From the human T2T-CHM13v2.0 reference genome, Homo sapiens: a stretch of DNA of 64,000 nt. The stretch is taken from assembly GCF_009914755.1 (NCBI RefSeq), contig NC_060925.1; one strand, 5' to 3'. Both the position numbers and the translations under genes were made by a program. Under the pieces are notes generated by a model. That model made no database searches and was not told the DNA's origin. It worked only from the letters and a program-made list of their open reading frames with translations. Below, one piece after another: positions 1 to 12,623 of this stretch. How positions within the stretch are numbered: position 1 is the stretch's first letter; each line of letters starts with the position of its first letter.

Positions 1-2906
1 TAGAAAATAGAAGATGTTTATTAAGAAAATAATTACTACACATTTGTTGAATAAAGGGGGCATGCACTGTGGAGTGTGACCATTTTTCCTGCAGATGTTT
101 GTATGACATCAGCCTTTCCCATCTATAGGATGCTGCAGCTGGGGTTGGGGAGGGGAAGATAGCTCCGTTCTGAAGAGAAGAGTTCACTCGAGGGCTATGA
201 TTTCTGAGACCTGCTCTGTAGCCTTATTTATTCTTCCTATTTATCCTACATAGGAATCTGGTTGTGTGTAAAACAGAGAATTGACATCAACCTGAAGCAC
301 ATGGAACAAGAGCAAAGGACTGAATAATATACAAAAAAGACAGGTGGTAAGTGAAATACAAAAATTTTAATAGCAACAAAAAAAATCATGAGCCAATGGA
401 ATGAAAATTTAGCCCTTCTTCCCCCCACCCCTTCCAAAAATGCCTGAGAACAGGGGAGGTCAGCAAAACTTAGATTCCATGAAAATGTCTAATCTGTGGA
501 CTACTCCACTAAATATCTTTATTGTGATGAAAAGTGATAACACTTGGGATTCACAGAAGTTTTTCATTTTTGCCACCTCTGTACAAAATCTGATTAATTA
601 GTCCTGACAGTGCTGCTCCGACAGATGCTGGTTAGTGGCAGCAACAGCGTGGGTGTCCTCATACACATGCCTATTGTATAAGATCTGCGTCCATCCATTC
701 CTCTCTACAATTTCCCATCATACACAACTTAAACTCTCATGGCAGATTTTAGGCAAAGTCCCATCTTCAGCTTGGCCCTCTGCATTTCCTTCAGAGTATG
801 TCTCCCCTCGGAGTTAGCCAACATTAAAATGTACCCCAGGATTCTAGTCTGAAAATGAAGAACGTGTGATAAGCCCAATGCTTTCCTCATGTAAGGAGCC
901 CATCCCTTCATGTTTGTAGACTGATGCTACAAGGACCTGCCTTCCAAGATATTTCCCAAATAATGAGAAGAAAATAAAAACAAAAACAAATATGAGAAAT
1001 GGCAATGTCACCACTCCGAAGGAGAGAGATAAAAGGAAACTCCTCAAAAGAACTGAAATACTACTCTCCTTCCTTTATCCTACCAATGTTTCTTCACGAA
1101 AAAAATCTAGACTCAAATGAAGTTGCCTTATTTGTGAAAGACTACACTCTCTCTCTCCATGTTTGGATACCTAACTCAAATCTTATACCAGAGCCCACTA
1201 ATGTGAAGACAGGATAAACACATTGACATTGAAAAGCTATTGGTGTTTCCCTACTTCTACTGTGCTCTGGCTCTAATAGCAATTGAGCCTGGATCAAGAC
1301 ACCTGTGCTAACTTCCAAACCCAAGTCTGTGGACTTGTTAGAGAGTGGGCTGGGATGATTTCCCCACCTGAGATTCATGTTGTCCAATTTCTGATGAATT
1401 AGTTGGGTATTTGGCATCAGTTAATTGAAGTGTCCCCCAAAACTATCTTAAAACACTTTTATAAAACATCTAAGAAAAGATGATAAGATGAAAAATGATA
1501 GAAGCCCCACAAAACTATGGCAATCATAATCAAATGGTCATAATTATTCCTGCAAATCATGTGAGTGATTTGAAGTCAAACAAATGTAAAGCTAATAAAA
1601 TAAAAACATAGAGCCATGATTTTTAATTTAAGATGATGATCTAAGGAGCAAAGCAAGGAAAGAAATTAAATAGGCCATTTTAAACACTCCAGAAAACCTC
1701 ATTTTACAGCCTCATTCATTCTACAAATATGGCTTCTTGTTAATAATTTAACCTTAACAGTTCCCAACTGTGGCACAGTTTAACAATCCACTTACAATGG
1801 CTGTAAATTATTCAAATAAGACAAAGTTAAATGGTCACCAACCGCTCAATATGTAAGTTAACGGCTCTCTGAAGTCCCATCTCATCTTTAAAACATGACT
1901 ATTTTGACATTCACTCATTTTAATAAGATTTTGGAACTCTCTGAAAACCTCTAGCAGCTCTTCTCTAGGGACAGAACCTCCTTAAGGTATCAAATTGTCA
2001 GAAGTCTGTATGCTTCATCTGCGTTCATTCCCAGTGGTTCTTGACTTGAGTGAGTTTCCATGTCAACCTTCCTAGGCCTTCGGATGCCATGAGGTGTGGG
2101 GTATCATTGGAAGATGAGACTGAGAAAAACTGATTACGGGTTATGGAAAGCAAGGACTCCCATATAAACTTCTCCAAAGGATTGGGCAATATAGAGATGT
2201 CTTTAACTGGCACTCATGTCCATGCAAAGTCTATGCAAAGGTCAGAAGTTCCAGAGGTGGCCAGTATGCCAGCTGCTAGGAAGAAAATGAGAAAGGGGTT
2301 TGTTTTTCAGGTGGGAAAAAAAGAATCCTGGCAAGGGTTAGGTAAGATGGTAAGATCCTAGTCAGAAGGGCTGAGGTCCGGAGCAGAGCATCGTCCTAAT
2401 ATGAAACTTGAGGCTGCATAAAAAGCAAGTACAGCCCAGTCCTGCAGAATAGGGATCCACGTTCCAGCTTAGGTGAGGGCTGCAGCATCATGAACTGCAA
2501 CACCTGGAGTTCACCCTAGGCCACTAGAAACCTAGAGCAGCAAAATAATTTCCATGCCATATGACTGGTGGGTTAGAGCTGCGTGATACTCAGCCTCCTG
2601 AGTCAGCTTGGCTTAAGTTCTAGGCAGAGAGAGGCTTCAGGTAGAAGAAGTCAGTATATGCACTGAAGTGGGCTGGAGAAGGCAGGGGATGAAACAAACG
2701 GAGTTCCCTTTACCTCAATAAGTCTGTGAAATAAATAATGAAGATGGGCATAAGGCTTCTTATGTCCTAAGAGCAATGCCATTACTGACTTAGAGATGCC
2801 CTCTCTCAAACCATTCCATGGCCCCTTTAGAAATGTACCATTAAGCCAGTATGTGATGTTTTTAATAGCTTGAAGAAATCCATTTATCCTTTACCTCTTA
2901 AGTATA

Positions 2907-4306
2907 CTAGGTAGTCAATTGTAAGATGTGAATTTTTTTCACATTTTAATGTCTCTAACAATCAACTGTTGTCTCACAACCACTACTGGTTGCCATGGCA
3001 GACTGTCATTTTCCATATGCACATGAACTTGGGTGCTATTCCTAGGGCTTGTCTGAACAACTGGAAACTCTTAAGCATTTCAGTCCATACAGTGTCCAAG
3101 GATCACTTGAAGAAGTATGATTTCTGGTTGTCATTTTCTGGTAAGACCAAAAAAATGCATGCATCAAAACATGTGGAAAAGGTCTCAGTAGCCCTAAGAA
3201 AAATCCAAGAGACACAGTGAAGAACATTTCTTTGAAAGCTCTTGATGGCGCAGAGTGCAAAAGTGAGTGGAAAAACATGGACATTGATGACAGAACTGAA
3301 AAGCTATTCAGAAAAATCAGATCCTAAGTTTGAATAAGTTTTAGGAACTGAGAAATATAAATGAAATTCTTATCCTCCAACTGACTGAATGGGCCCCCTC
3401 TTGGCCAAGGGGACCCAGAAAACCTTGAAAACTGAATTCTCACGGGGATGGGTGTTCAGACACACCTACTAATACCCCCTCTATCACTAATGGTGTTAGG
3501 CTTTTTTCCCTAAGGGCTAAACAAAAACCAGCCCTCTGGAAATATTGCTCCACCCCTGACATTAACCAACTGCCTGACGTTTTCCCTTTCTTTTGCAGTT
3601 TCAGCAAAGCAACTGACCAGCATTCCTTCCTGATAAGAAACCGCCATCCATGGAGTGGTTCTGGCCAGTCTATGGAGAATGTAGTGAAGGTTTTCATGTC
3701 TTCTGCTTCACTTTTTGACATTAGAAGGCCAAAATCTCCACCTTGGATTATGCTAACACCTCCATTTATTGAACAAGGGTCATGTCCCTTGTCCCATGAA
3801 CAAGGACAAAAAGCATGAAGTTCAACTGTGCATGTGCATGTTTCTCCTTTCATAAATATTCATGACTGTTCCCATAGCTTATTGAATATGTATATCTGGC
3901 CACCCCATTCAGCATAAATTCCTGCCTTACTCTTCAAGTGTCATTCCAGGATTCTGACCGGAGGGAGGCGACACTTCCCAGCCTGTCAGAATGGCCACCC
4001 TGCAGGCTGCAACTCTTTATGGGAAATAAAGCTCTCCTTTCCAAATTTATGAATCTTGTCTTTCTTCAGTTGTCAGAATGTATTAACCAATTTCTTTTGT
4101 TTATATCTTCCTTTCTATGGAATACGCAACAGTGATATATGTTTCTTAAAAACATGTATAAGTCTAAAAGAATCAATTTCAGTAAGTTTAAAGACTCTAA
4201 ATGATAAAATTGTAACATTGCTTAATTTGAAGAAAATTTTCTTTATTAGCAGTACACAAAATATAGTGGCTTAAGATCAAAAGCATTTGGATTTAATGAA
4301 ATACAC
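2907..4306 (+). mobile_element. Tc2/pogo-type DNA transposon fossil (Kanga1/MER104 family), split by an LTR at 3349-4075
   Basis: Left end resembles the Kanga/MER104 TIR (caattgtaagatgtgaatttttttcacattttaatgtctct) and the right end is gatttaatgaaatacac. ORF 2969-3220 (MNLGAIPRACLNNWKLLSISVHTVSKDHLKKY...SGKTKK) resembles a degenerate pogo DDE C-terminus. Confidence 0.7.
3349..4075 (+). mobile_element. ERV1 solo LTR, MER39/MER39B-like
   Basis: TG...CA termini, AATAAA near the 3' end, near-perfect 4-bp TSD gaac/gaat, and the motif ccaactgactgaatgggccccctcttggccaaggggaccc. Confidence 0.8.
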
Positions 4307-4431
4307 CAGCACTTCCCATTCTCCCAGGTTGTATCGTTTTATTTAATCCCATCAAGAACCATTTTTTACAACTGTCACCTCACTTTCCATGTTTCAACCA
4401 AACTGACCTTGCTGAAGTGACTCAAATGTGC

Positions 4432-4872
4432 TGTGGCAGAGAATGCTCATGCTTGCTAGTGTCCCTGTTTTGCCTCTTATTCCAGAGCACAGGCTAGATG
4501 GTAAATCCCAATGCTTTGTAATTGTAATGTGTATGAATTCTGAACAATGGCACATTTGTGCAAGGGATATACGCCACCCTCAGGCCTGGTCTCCAAAACC
4601 ACTCATGCAATACAAGTACTCACTCTCTATGCCCTCTTTATACCACACTTAAGGTGATCCCCATCACAAATTTGGGACCCATTGGTAAAAGTAGCAGGAC
4701 CCTCCTCAGCTTGGATCCCTAAACAATTAAGTGGAGCAGAAGTTCCATACTTACTAATGCCTACTAGGTTCCTCTACAAATAAACAAAAGATAAACTTTA
4801 ACTGCATGAAGCCATTAAGATATGGTGCATTTTATGTTGTTGTCCTTGTTGTCAAAGTAGTTATCTTATCCT
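4432..4872 (+). mobile_element. Old MaLR LTR (MLT1J-like)
   Basis: tgtggcaga start, cagcttggatccct...gtggagcaga core and an ataaacttt...aagccattaagat 3' motif. Confidence 0.6.
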
Positions 4873-4960
4873 GCCAAGCACATTCACACCTCCTGCTTTT
4901 GTACCTGCTAGTTCTTCTTCTCCAGGCATTCATTGGCTCAATCTGTCACTTATTTATGTC

Positions 4961-5831
4961 TGTTTTAGAGAAAAACTCCATGTTTTTCCTCTGCTCTCGC
5001 ACCACAACAATTAACACAGAAAACTTCCATGACCAAATGTGTGGGGGTTTTCTCCCACACACCAAGCAGCAGACACCAGCTGAGTGTCCTCTAATTTAAT
5101 TCTGACACTATTTTCCTGCATTTAGTGAACTCCAACAGGTTGGGGGCTCAGTCCCCAAGACTGCTCCCCCAACTCCCAGACTTCAATAACAAGTCTGAGC
5201 CTCTGAAACTTCTGGCTGACAAGCTTCAAGTTGGGGTTCTCATGACTGTCTCTTTGGGTTCAATTAATTTGCTGGTGTGGCTCACAGAACTCAGGGAAAC
5301 ACTTACTTGTGCTTACCAATTTGTAAGGATATTACAAAGGATACAGATGAGGTATGAGAGAAGGGGAGCAGAGCTTCCATGCCCTCCCTGGGAAGTTCCT
5401 CCAGGAACCTCCAGGTGTTCAGCTATTGGGAAGCTCCTCAAACCCTATCCTTTGGGCCTTTTATGGAGGCTTCATTGGTTGTCCATGATTGAAGCATGGA
5501 CAACCATGTCAAAATGTGATTGGACAAAAAGGATAAGATCTAAGCCCAGCAAGAGACCTGTCTGTTCAGATTCTTCTTGGTCTTTCTGTGCAGCAATCTT
5601 TCCTCCAGAGTATGGGGAAGGACTCTCTCTGGAATGAGGGTCTTATGATTTACAATGAGATTAGAATCTTGCATTAAGTAGGTGAAAAGAGGACAGGAGA
5701 AGGTCAGAGAGAAAGATTTTGCTTTCTGAGGCCTAAAGCACCCCGACATTATAACAAAAGACTATAACAAGGGTGATGGGAGTTATAAACCAGGAACCAT
5801 GGATGAATACGTATATAAAAATAACACCATA
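4961..5831 (-). mobile_element. MER21 (A/B) solo LTR
   Basis: MER21 motifs gacaccagctgagtgtcctctaatttaattctgacacta, gctcacagaactcagggaaacacttac and gggagttataaaccaggaacc. Confidence 0.8.
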
Positions 5832-5923
5832 GGGTCTATTCTCAAATGTCACATCCTCAGAGAGGCCATCTCTGACTTTCCTATCTCTCTGATCCCTTAT
5901 GTTGCTTTATTTTTCTTCATAAC

Positions 5924-6829
5924 TATCAATGAAAAAGAGTCAAACTCTGTAAAATATTTGAAGGGACCTATTCTGAGCCAAATATGAGTGACCAAGGCCC
6001 AAAGCCTAGTCTCAAGAGGTCTTGAGAACATGTGCCAAAGGTGGTTGGGTTACAGATTGATTTTATAATTTTAGAGGGACAGAAGTTACAGGCAGACATC
6101 AATCAATAAATGTAGGGTATACATTGGTTCAGTCTGGAAAGATGGGACAACTCAAAAGTGGGGGCTTCTAGGTCATATGCGGATTTAAAGATTTCCTCAT
6201 GGTAATTGGTTGAAAGGGTTAAACTCTGACTGAAGAGTTGAAGCCAGCAGAAAGAAATGTTTGTAATTAAGATTCAGGATGGGGGGCGGGGTGGTGGAAG
6301 CCAAGGTTCTTATTACGTAGATAAAGCCTCCCAGTCGCACACTTCAGAGAATAAATGATAAATGTCTTTATCAAGCCCTAAAAGGTTCCAGGCTCTTAGT
6401 TAAATCTCTCCTGGATCAGGAAAAGACCTGGAAAGGGAAGAGGATTCTCTATAGAATATAGTTTCCACATGACAGACAGCTGTGCAGGGCCGTTTCAAAA
6501 TATGTCAAAGAAATACATTTTGGGGTAAAATACTTTGATTTCTTTCAGGGCCTGCCATCTGTCATGCGATGCTATACTAGAGACAGGTTGGTATTTGATA
6601 TCTTATTGCTACAGTTTTGTCAGTCTTAAAATTTCTGTTTTAATATCAATGTTGGTCAGTTGTGCCTGAATTCCATAGGGAGGAGATTACAATGAAGCAT
6701 GTCTGATGTGATGCCCACTTCCCACCATGGCCTGAACTAGTTTTGCAGGTTTACTTTAGAATGCCCTTGGTCAAGAGTGGGGGTCCATTCAGTCAGTTGG
6801 GGAGTTTAGAATTTTATTTTTGGTTTATA
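5924..6829 (-). mobile_element. MER4-group ERV1 solo LTR (MER4D/E-like)
   Basis: gaaaaagagtcaaactctgtaaaatatttg ... gaattttatttttggtttata termini, with TSD taac/taat. Confidence 0.85.
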
Positions 6830-7029
6830 TAATGTTTATCACTATATAATATTATATTATAGGTTTATTTGCTGTTTGCTTCCTCTAAAGAATATTAAAC
6901 TCTTTTCTTCGGTTGGTATACTCTTGTCCCCATACTCTAGAAGAGTACCTAGTATAAAGTATGGTCTCCATAAGTATTTCTTGACAAAATTAATGAATTA
7001 ATTAGCTATAAGAAAGTAGTAGAACAGGT

Positions 7030-7145
7030 TAGGTCACTGTGCCCATGTTCAAGAAGGAAACTGAGTTACAAAAAGATTGTCATCCCACAGTGCTAAGCAG
7101 TAGCAAAAATGAGGTTGGCCCTAGCTTTCTAAAGTTTAGGGGAGT
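7030..7145 (-). mobile_element. MIR fragment
   Basis: cccatgttcaagaaggaaactgagttac matches the MIR core. Confidence 0.5.
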
Positions 7146-7862
7146 TTTTTGGTTTGTTTTGCCCTATACCATACAATCTTCCTCCACAAATCTGAAGTTC
7201 TAGTTAGTTGGTGTACCAACTACATACCTGAAAAATGTAGAGATTGTAAACAAGTAGGTAAACATTTTTAAATAGCCTTCAAAACTCTAGATGTGAAAAG
7301 AGCTGACCACAATTTCTCCTATCTTTTCATTTATTCTAGCCAATTATACCCTCTTGATATAAAGAAACAAGCTCACCACACCAGGACCCCCCTCAGCTTC
7401 CACTCCAGTGACCCTTGGACCAATAGCATTTTTGACTAAATGAATATCCCTTCAAGACTTAGGATACCTACACTGAATGTTTCTACCTCCTTCTCTCCAC
7501 CCACAAATGCATCTAGTTCTCCATGGTCTCCCAAACTATCTCCCAGAAACCTATTAATAAATAATCTTCAAACAAGTGGGCCAAAATCCTATCCCTCCCA
7601 GAATTCCTAAAAGAGAGACTTAAAATTTAGTCTCTCTTTTCTTGTCCAGAGAGAACAGTCAATCAATGACTTCATACACTGTATCACTGAGTTCCTCTTG
7701 TAACTTTAATGTTTTCATTTAAGTATCAGTGCCAGGCCCAGATTTGGGAAAAGTCCTGAAATTGCTAAGCGTTCATTTTTGTGCCCTTCTTTAGCCCTTT
7801 CTGCACCAAAGATCAGATCTGGGTGCTTGACTTCCAGGACAGTACTGTATGTACTAGTCTAA

Positions 7863-8146
7863 CATTTGCCAAAATTTGTTCCCCAGAAGACTAATTGTAT
7901 GAGATGGTCCATTATAATTTTATGCTCAGAGAAGTTGGGGGAACCTTGCATCTTATACCTCTCTCATGGATTTATGCTGCATAAATATGTGTTGAAGGCT
8001 TGAGAAGCACATAAGTGTTTAACTTTATTTAAGCCAGAATTTCCCAAAATTATTTGACTAACAAACGTCTTTTTTCTCTCTCTTAATGCCTATAGCTTCC
8101 CACTGAATTATCGTTCCTTGAAAGATATTTTGAAGAATATTGCTGG
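7863..8146. mobile_element. Degenerate non-autonomous hAT-Charlie element (family uncertain)
   Basis: Degenerate TIR-like ends (tttgccaaaatttgttcc / gatattttgaagaatattgctg) and an internal aatttcccaaaattatttgac motif. Confidence 0.35.
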
Positions 8147-9286
8147 GTTTTTATAATCCCAGCCACACACAATTTCCCAACCACTCAAAGCCAAATAATG
8201 GTAACAACAACACAAAAAATCAATTTACAATTTAAAATAATTGACACCACTGACCAAACATCTGCATTTGCATCTCTGGGGCTGCCGCAGTCCTGGAACT
8301 GTCCTTTACGGCTCTGCTTTCTCCTGACCTTGTCCTGGGCTCTCTTTCAGCTCCCTCTGGCCAGGTCCAGCAGTACTTGTCTCTTAAGAGCCATGTAATG
8401 ACTCTGACCTGAATAAACCCAGCTACCTAAATTCTTTCCTTCTTTTCTCTGTATTTCAACCTTTCTCCCAGGCTATCTGCTCCAGGTTCTAAATGTTCTC
8501 TGCCATTTAAACAATTGCCTGGTGAACAATGATTAATTTAATGAGGAGTCAGGATGGCTCAGGGCCAGAAAAACAATCACTCGTGGCTCTCTGGTCAACT
8601 CCAATTACGTCTGCTAATGAAAGAGAGAAATGATTTTTAAAAATCCCAAACCATGAAGTTATGGAGGTTCCAGCTGGAGACTGCTTTGGATTTTTTGTGA
8701 TTGGATTTTTTAAATCCAAAGAGGACCCCGCTTGTGGCCATTTCAGCCTAAGGGCCATTATGGAATCTAACTGACTTTCAAAGCCTCATCCACTCAACCC
8801 ATGGGCCAACTGTTCCCATAAGAGAAAATGGCAAGGAGGACAGACAACTTCAGCAACAGAGAAAATGCCAACTAACTGATCCTCATAGGAAGTTCTGGGG
8901 ACTTCTACATGTAGGTAAGGCCTCTATGGAATTATAAGATAAAACTTGGATAGTGCTGCTGCACTGAGCAAGTGCCAGCTACCTGCCCCATGTCCTGCAT
9001 TATCTAGGAGATGGCGACTTGTATTGCATGAACCCAACCCTCCAAATTTTAGATCCTGGAACTAGGTACAGCTGTTTTTTGAAACCAAAGAGCAGAAAAG
9101 AAAAAAAAAAAAAACCCACACAAGTCCCAGGAGCAGGTTTTATTTTGCTGCTGGTTCTATTTTCAATCATTTTTGAGGGTCAATGTTCATTCTCAACTCC
9201 TTCAAGGGTTTGTAATTTGGCTGCTTTGGGGATAGCTGAGTCACATTTTATGACAGCTTAGAAAATGCTGTGGCTTTTCAACTCTT

Positions 9287-9769
9287 CAGGGGACACCCTT
9301 AGGCTGGAGTTAACAACTTAGGCTTGAAGCTAGTTAGACATGGGGTATGGTCAGGTCACAGTGCTTAGTAACCTCAGAAACTTCCGGTGGATAACAAAAT
9401 GGTACTCAAGAAGGTAACTGGGAGGGATGCAAGATACCAGTGAAAAAAGCAGAAATAGTAGATTAAAATAATAATCACAACAGTAACATAGGACAGCAAT
9501 TTTGGGCATGTATAATAAAAAAAAAGACAAGGTAATTAACAGAACTTGTACATCTATGGAAATGGTTAACAAATGAGGGGAAGCGTGAAAGACAACCACT
9601 ATAAAACATGGCTCTTTCCTTATGAGCCTACTCTGAAACAAATGGAGCAAAGGAGTAAAAGAGTTAAAAAAATCTCTGGGCAGAATTCTCTTTGAACTGT
9701 TTCTGTGACATCTCATATTCCAGAGGACACCCTTAGGTGGAGTTAACTTAGGCTTGAAGCTAGTTAGAC
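9287..9769 (+). repeat. Dispersed ~50-bp direct repeat pair (9287-9339 and 9721-9769)
   Basis: caggggacacccttaggctggagttaacaacttaggcttgaagctagttagac versus cagaggacacccttaggtggagttaacttaggcttgaagctagttagac. Confidence 0.9.
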
Positions 9770-11144
9770 CTAGCATCTAACTAGTTCTGGTCCCTTACTA
9801 ATAAAAGCATCCAGTATTTTTTAAATCCGCCAATAATATTCACTCTCTCATAATAAAGATGGATAGGAATAATTTTACTCACATTCATTTTTATCTAACA
9901 TTCAATGAAATCTTCAACCAATCAGTGCTATCCTTAACTTACACTGAAAATATCACTATTGAAGGTGACTCTTGTATACAGAAAATTTTATTCTGCATCC
10001 TCCCCCTGCCACCAAAGCTAACTAAAACAATGAGTGACCCAGGCTTCTCACAGTCATTTTGTGTCCTTGACACTGCTCCTGCTTCCTCTAGGTTCCCTTC
10101 CATTCTCCTTGCTCACCTCCAAACTCAGAGAGGAAGAAACCCAGGAAATATGGAGCTTCAAATGTGCTTAAAACTGCAATATCACCCAATTTGAAATTGA
10201 TTACAGGGAATGTAAGCGGCTGTTTTTAGGCTATTACTAAGGTTTTCTCAAAGAGTTAATGGAGATTTTGTTTGTTAGCTTTTCACATATAATTGTATAT
10301 GATCTTGTGACTTATGTAAAACATTACAATAATGTATTTGAGAAGTAGCAACTCAAGTTTTTTCCTAACAAAATGTGTGCCATTTTCCTCTTCCCCAGAA
10401 CAAACACATATACTCATATTGATCTGCTATCAAAAGGTGATTCCTGTACAAAATTAGTCTGCAAATCATCTTGCACCTAACTAGATGTTTTGAGTACAAA
10501 CAGGAGGATGATTCATCTTTTCAAAACAGAATGTAGCCGGCAAAAATGTTGTATTGCTTTAATTTCTCGTTTTGGATTTGAAAAAAAAGAGCAGCTCAGC
10601 TATTACTGAATGAACTACTTATTCTTCAACATTGAGTCTGACTTGACCAGGAGGGCACATAAACAGCTTGCTTTAAGAACAGCTGGTTGACTCACTGATT
10701 ACAGTCAGCAAATTTTCTAGCTGTGTCAGGGCCTGCCTGGAATTGCAACCTGGGAAGCAAAGATACTCCTTAGGCAGATGGGACTTCTGAAATCAGCCAG
10801 TGGCTCAGGAAACACAGAAGTTCAAGGCCTCGGGTGGCCAAAAGTCATCATATGGCCCACATTAGCCTATTCTTTGTGTGTAAGATTCAGCCACCTGAGA
10901 AAACCTAATTATTCTTTTGCCATCAGCTTCAACAACATCATGATCTTCACCCAAAATAATCAAACTCTAACCTGCACACGGTGCTGTACCTTACAAGCAC
11001 ATGGCAAGCAATGTCTGCCTCCCCAGGCCTCCCACAATGTTCTTTCTGAGTCTACTTTTCCACCGTGTATTGGCATAATGGTGCCGGTGTGTGCCAACAT
11101 GCACTTCTTCTGCAGTCTGTGAGCTCCTCAACTGGAGATACTAT

Positions 11145-11684
11145 TGCTGCGGTTCAATCAGGCTGGTGGGAAAAATATTAGAGATAGTTATAGAGATAGA
11201 CACAAATCTTCTTGGAAGGCCAAGAAGTTTGCATAACTTCGGTAATATATCTGGCTGATGGTGGCCTGGTCCCTTTACCTTTAGTTAAACAAATTAAAGT
11301 AGTAACAAAGGAAGGCAGAGTAGTTTACCTAGCTAGCTTGTTTACCCATGTGGTCTTAAGACTAACCTCTGACGTACTGCAGGTGCTTAAGTGCTTTTTA
11401 CTTGGGAAGTCCACAATGTCAATTACCCTCTAATAGTGTTGACTCAAGCCACTGTTAATTAATCTTACTGAATAAATGCGAGTCTCACTAGATGATCAGT
11501 GCCATAGTCGCAACTGTTTACAGCACTTAACAGGGAGTCTGTAAGCAGCTCAGACACCCTCAGCTGGACTGGCAAAGCAGAATATCTGTGTGTCAGTGAA
11601 TGTTATTCATCCGTCCCTGGGTCAGGTGTCTGCAAGGGACAGACCCCCTGCAGCTGGTGCCCCTGTGTGAGGGGCGCTGCTGCA
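11145..11684 (+). mobile_element. LTR22 (HERV-K HML-5) LTR with an attached tRNA-Met PBS-like sequence
   Basis: ggttcaatcaggctggtgggaaaaat...acacaaatcttcttggaaggcc start; ggactggcaaagcagaatatctgtgtgtcagtg and ggacagaccccctgca in U5; PBS-like tggtgcccctgtgtgagg at 11655-11672; flanks tactat/cactat. Confidence 0.85.
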
Positions 11685-12144
11685 CACTATGACTCATACT
11701 AACCTGCATAGTGATGCACAATCCAAAGGAGGATCCCAAACTTCCTGCAACTGGAACCAAACCAAAATTCATCATCCAACGTAACACATCAAAGTGATCA
11801 TTTATAGAAAGACCCTTCAAGACACTCTGATAATTACACATTTATAAAAATTACACAGATATACATATATAAAGCAAATCTCCACTAATTTCATTAACGA
11901 AATAAGAATAAGTAATTAATCCAAAGCAGAACTTAATCAAGATACCATTAATATTTGCCTTAGGAATATTATATGATTTTTACACAGTGATTCGATATGT
12001 GCTCAGTTCTCACTAAAATTAGTCTGTCTTTTCCAATCCCACTGTGTCAGGTCGCAGGAGAGTACAACACAGCATGTTCTGGTTGGCAAGGGACAGTCAG
12101 TGAAAAATGAATTACATGGTCCCATTAAACCCTAATATGAATAA

Positions 12145-12245
12145 ACTGTGTGTGTATAAGTGTATGTGTCTTTAAGTGTATGAGGTGTGACATAGTATAT
12201 GTGAGTGTGTGCATGTTTCTGTGTGTGCCTGTGTATGTGTATCCA
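12145..12245. repeat. Degenerate (TG/TA)n low-complexity tract
   Basis: Alternating tgtgtgtat... visible directly. Confidence 0.7.
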
Positions 12246-12387
12246 GATCTCATTGTCTTTACTTTGGATACAAAGCTATGGCGCAAGTGTGTTTGACAAT
12301 CATCTTTTAAAAATAGCCCTTTCACATGGAGTTTATTTAGTTGGTCTTACTGATATCGTGTATTGTGTGCCTAGTTTTGTTCTAAAC

Positions 12388-12591
12388 GAGGGCCAGCAAA
12401 TCATGGCCTATGAGCTGAATCCAGGCCTGTTTTGGTAAATAAAGTTTTATTGGAATACAGTCATTCCCATTTATTTACATACTATTTATGGCTGCTTTCA
12501 TATTAAGATAGTTGTGACAGAGACCATATGGCCCACAAAACCTAAAACGTTTTCAGTCTGACCCTTTACAGAAAAAGTTTGCTAACTCTTG
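12388..12591 (+). mobile_element. MER58A (hAT-Charlie MITE)
   Basis: gtaaataaagttttattggaatacagtca...ggcccacaaaacctaaaa...ccctttacagaaaaagtttgct. Confidence 0.85.
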
Positions 12592-12623
12592 TTAAAAGTA
12601 CTTAACAACTACTAACTGCTACC

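Larger units (their letters stand above)
4880..7000 (+). mobile_element. L2 LINE 3' end in three pieces (4880-4960, 5832-5923, 6830-7000), interrupted by two LTRs
   Basis: L2 motif ctcaaatgtcacatcctcagagaggcc and a degenerate L2 terminus ...taagtatttcttgacaaaattaatgaat. Confidence 0.65.

Noticed and set aside
2020-2700. Possible very old Gypsy/ERVL-like LTR remnants (similar texture at about 17170-17460, 41300-41700 and 53530-53960)
   Set aside because: No diagnostic motif or terminus I could match with confidence. A Dfam profile search is needed.
5125-5637. 170-aa ORF
   Set aside because: It lies entirely in an antisense MER21 LTR, starts at GTG and has no recognisable domain.
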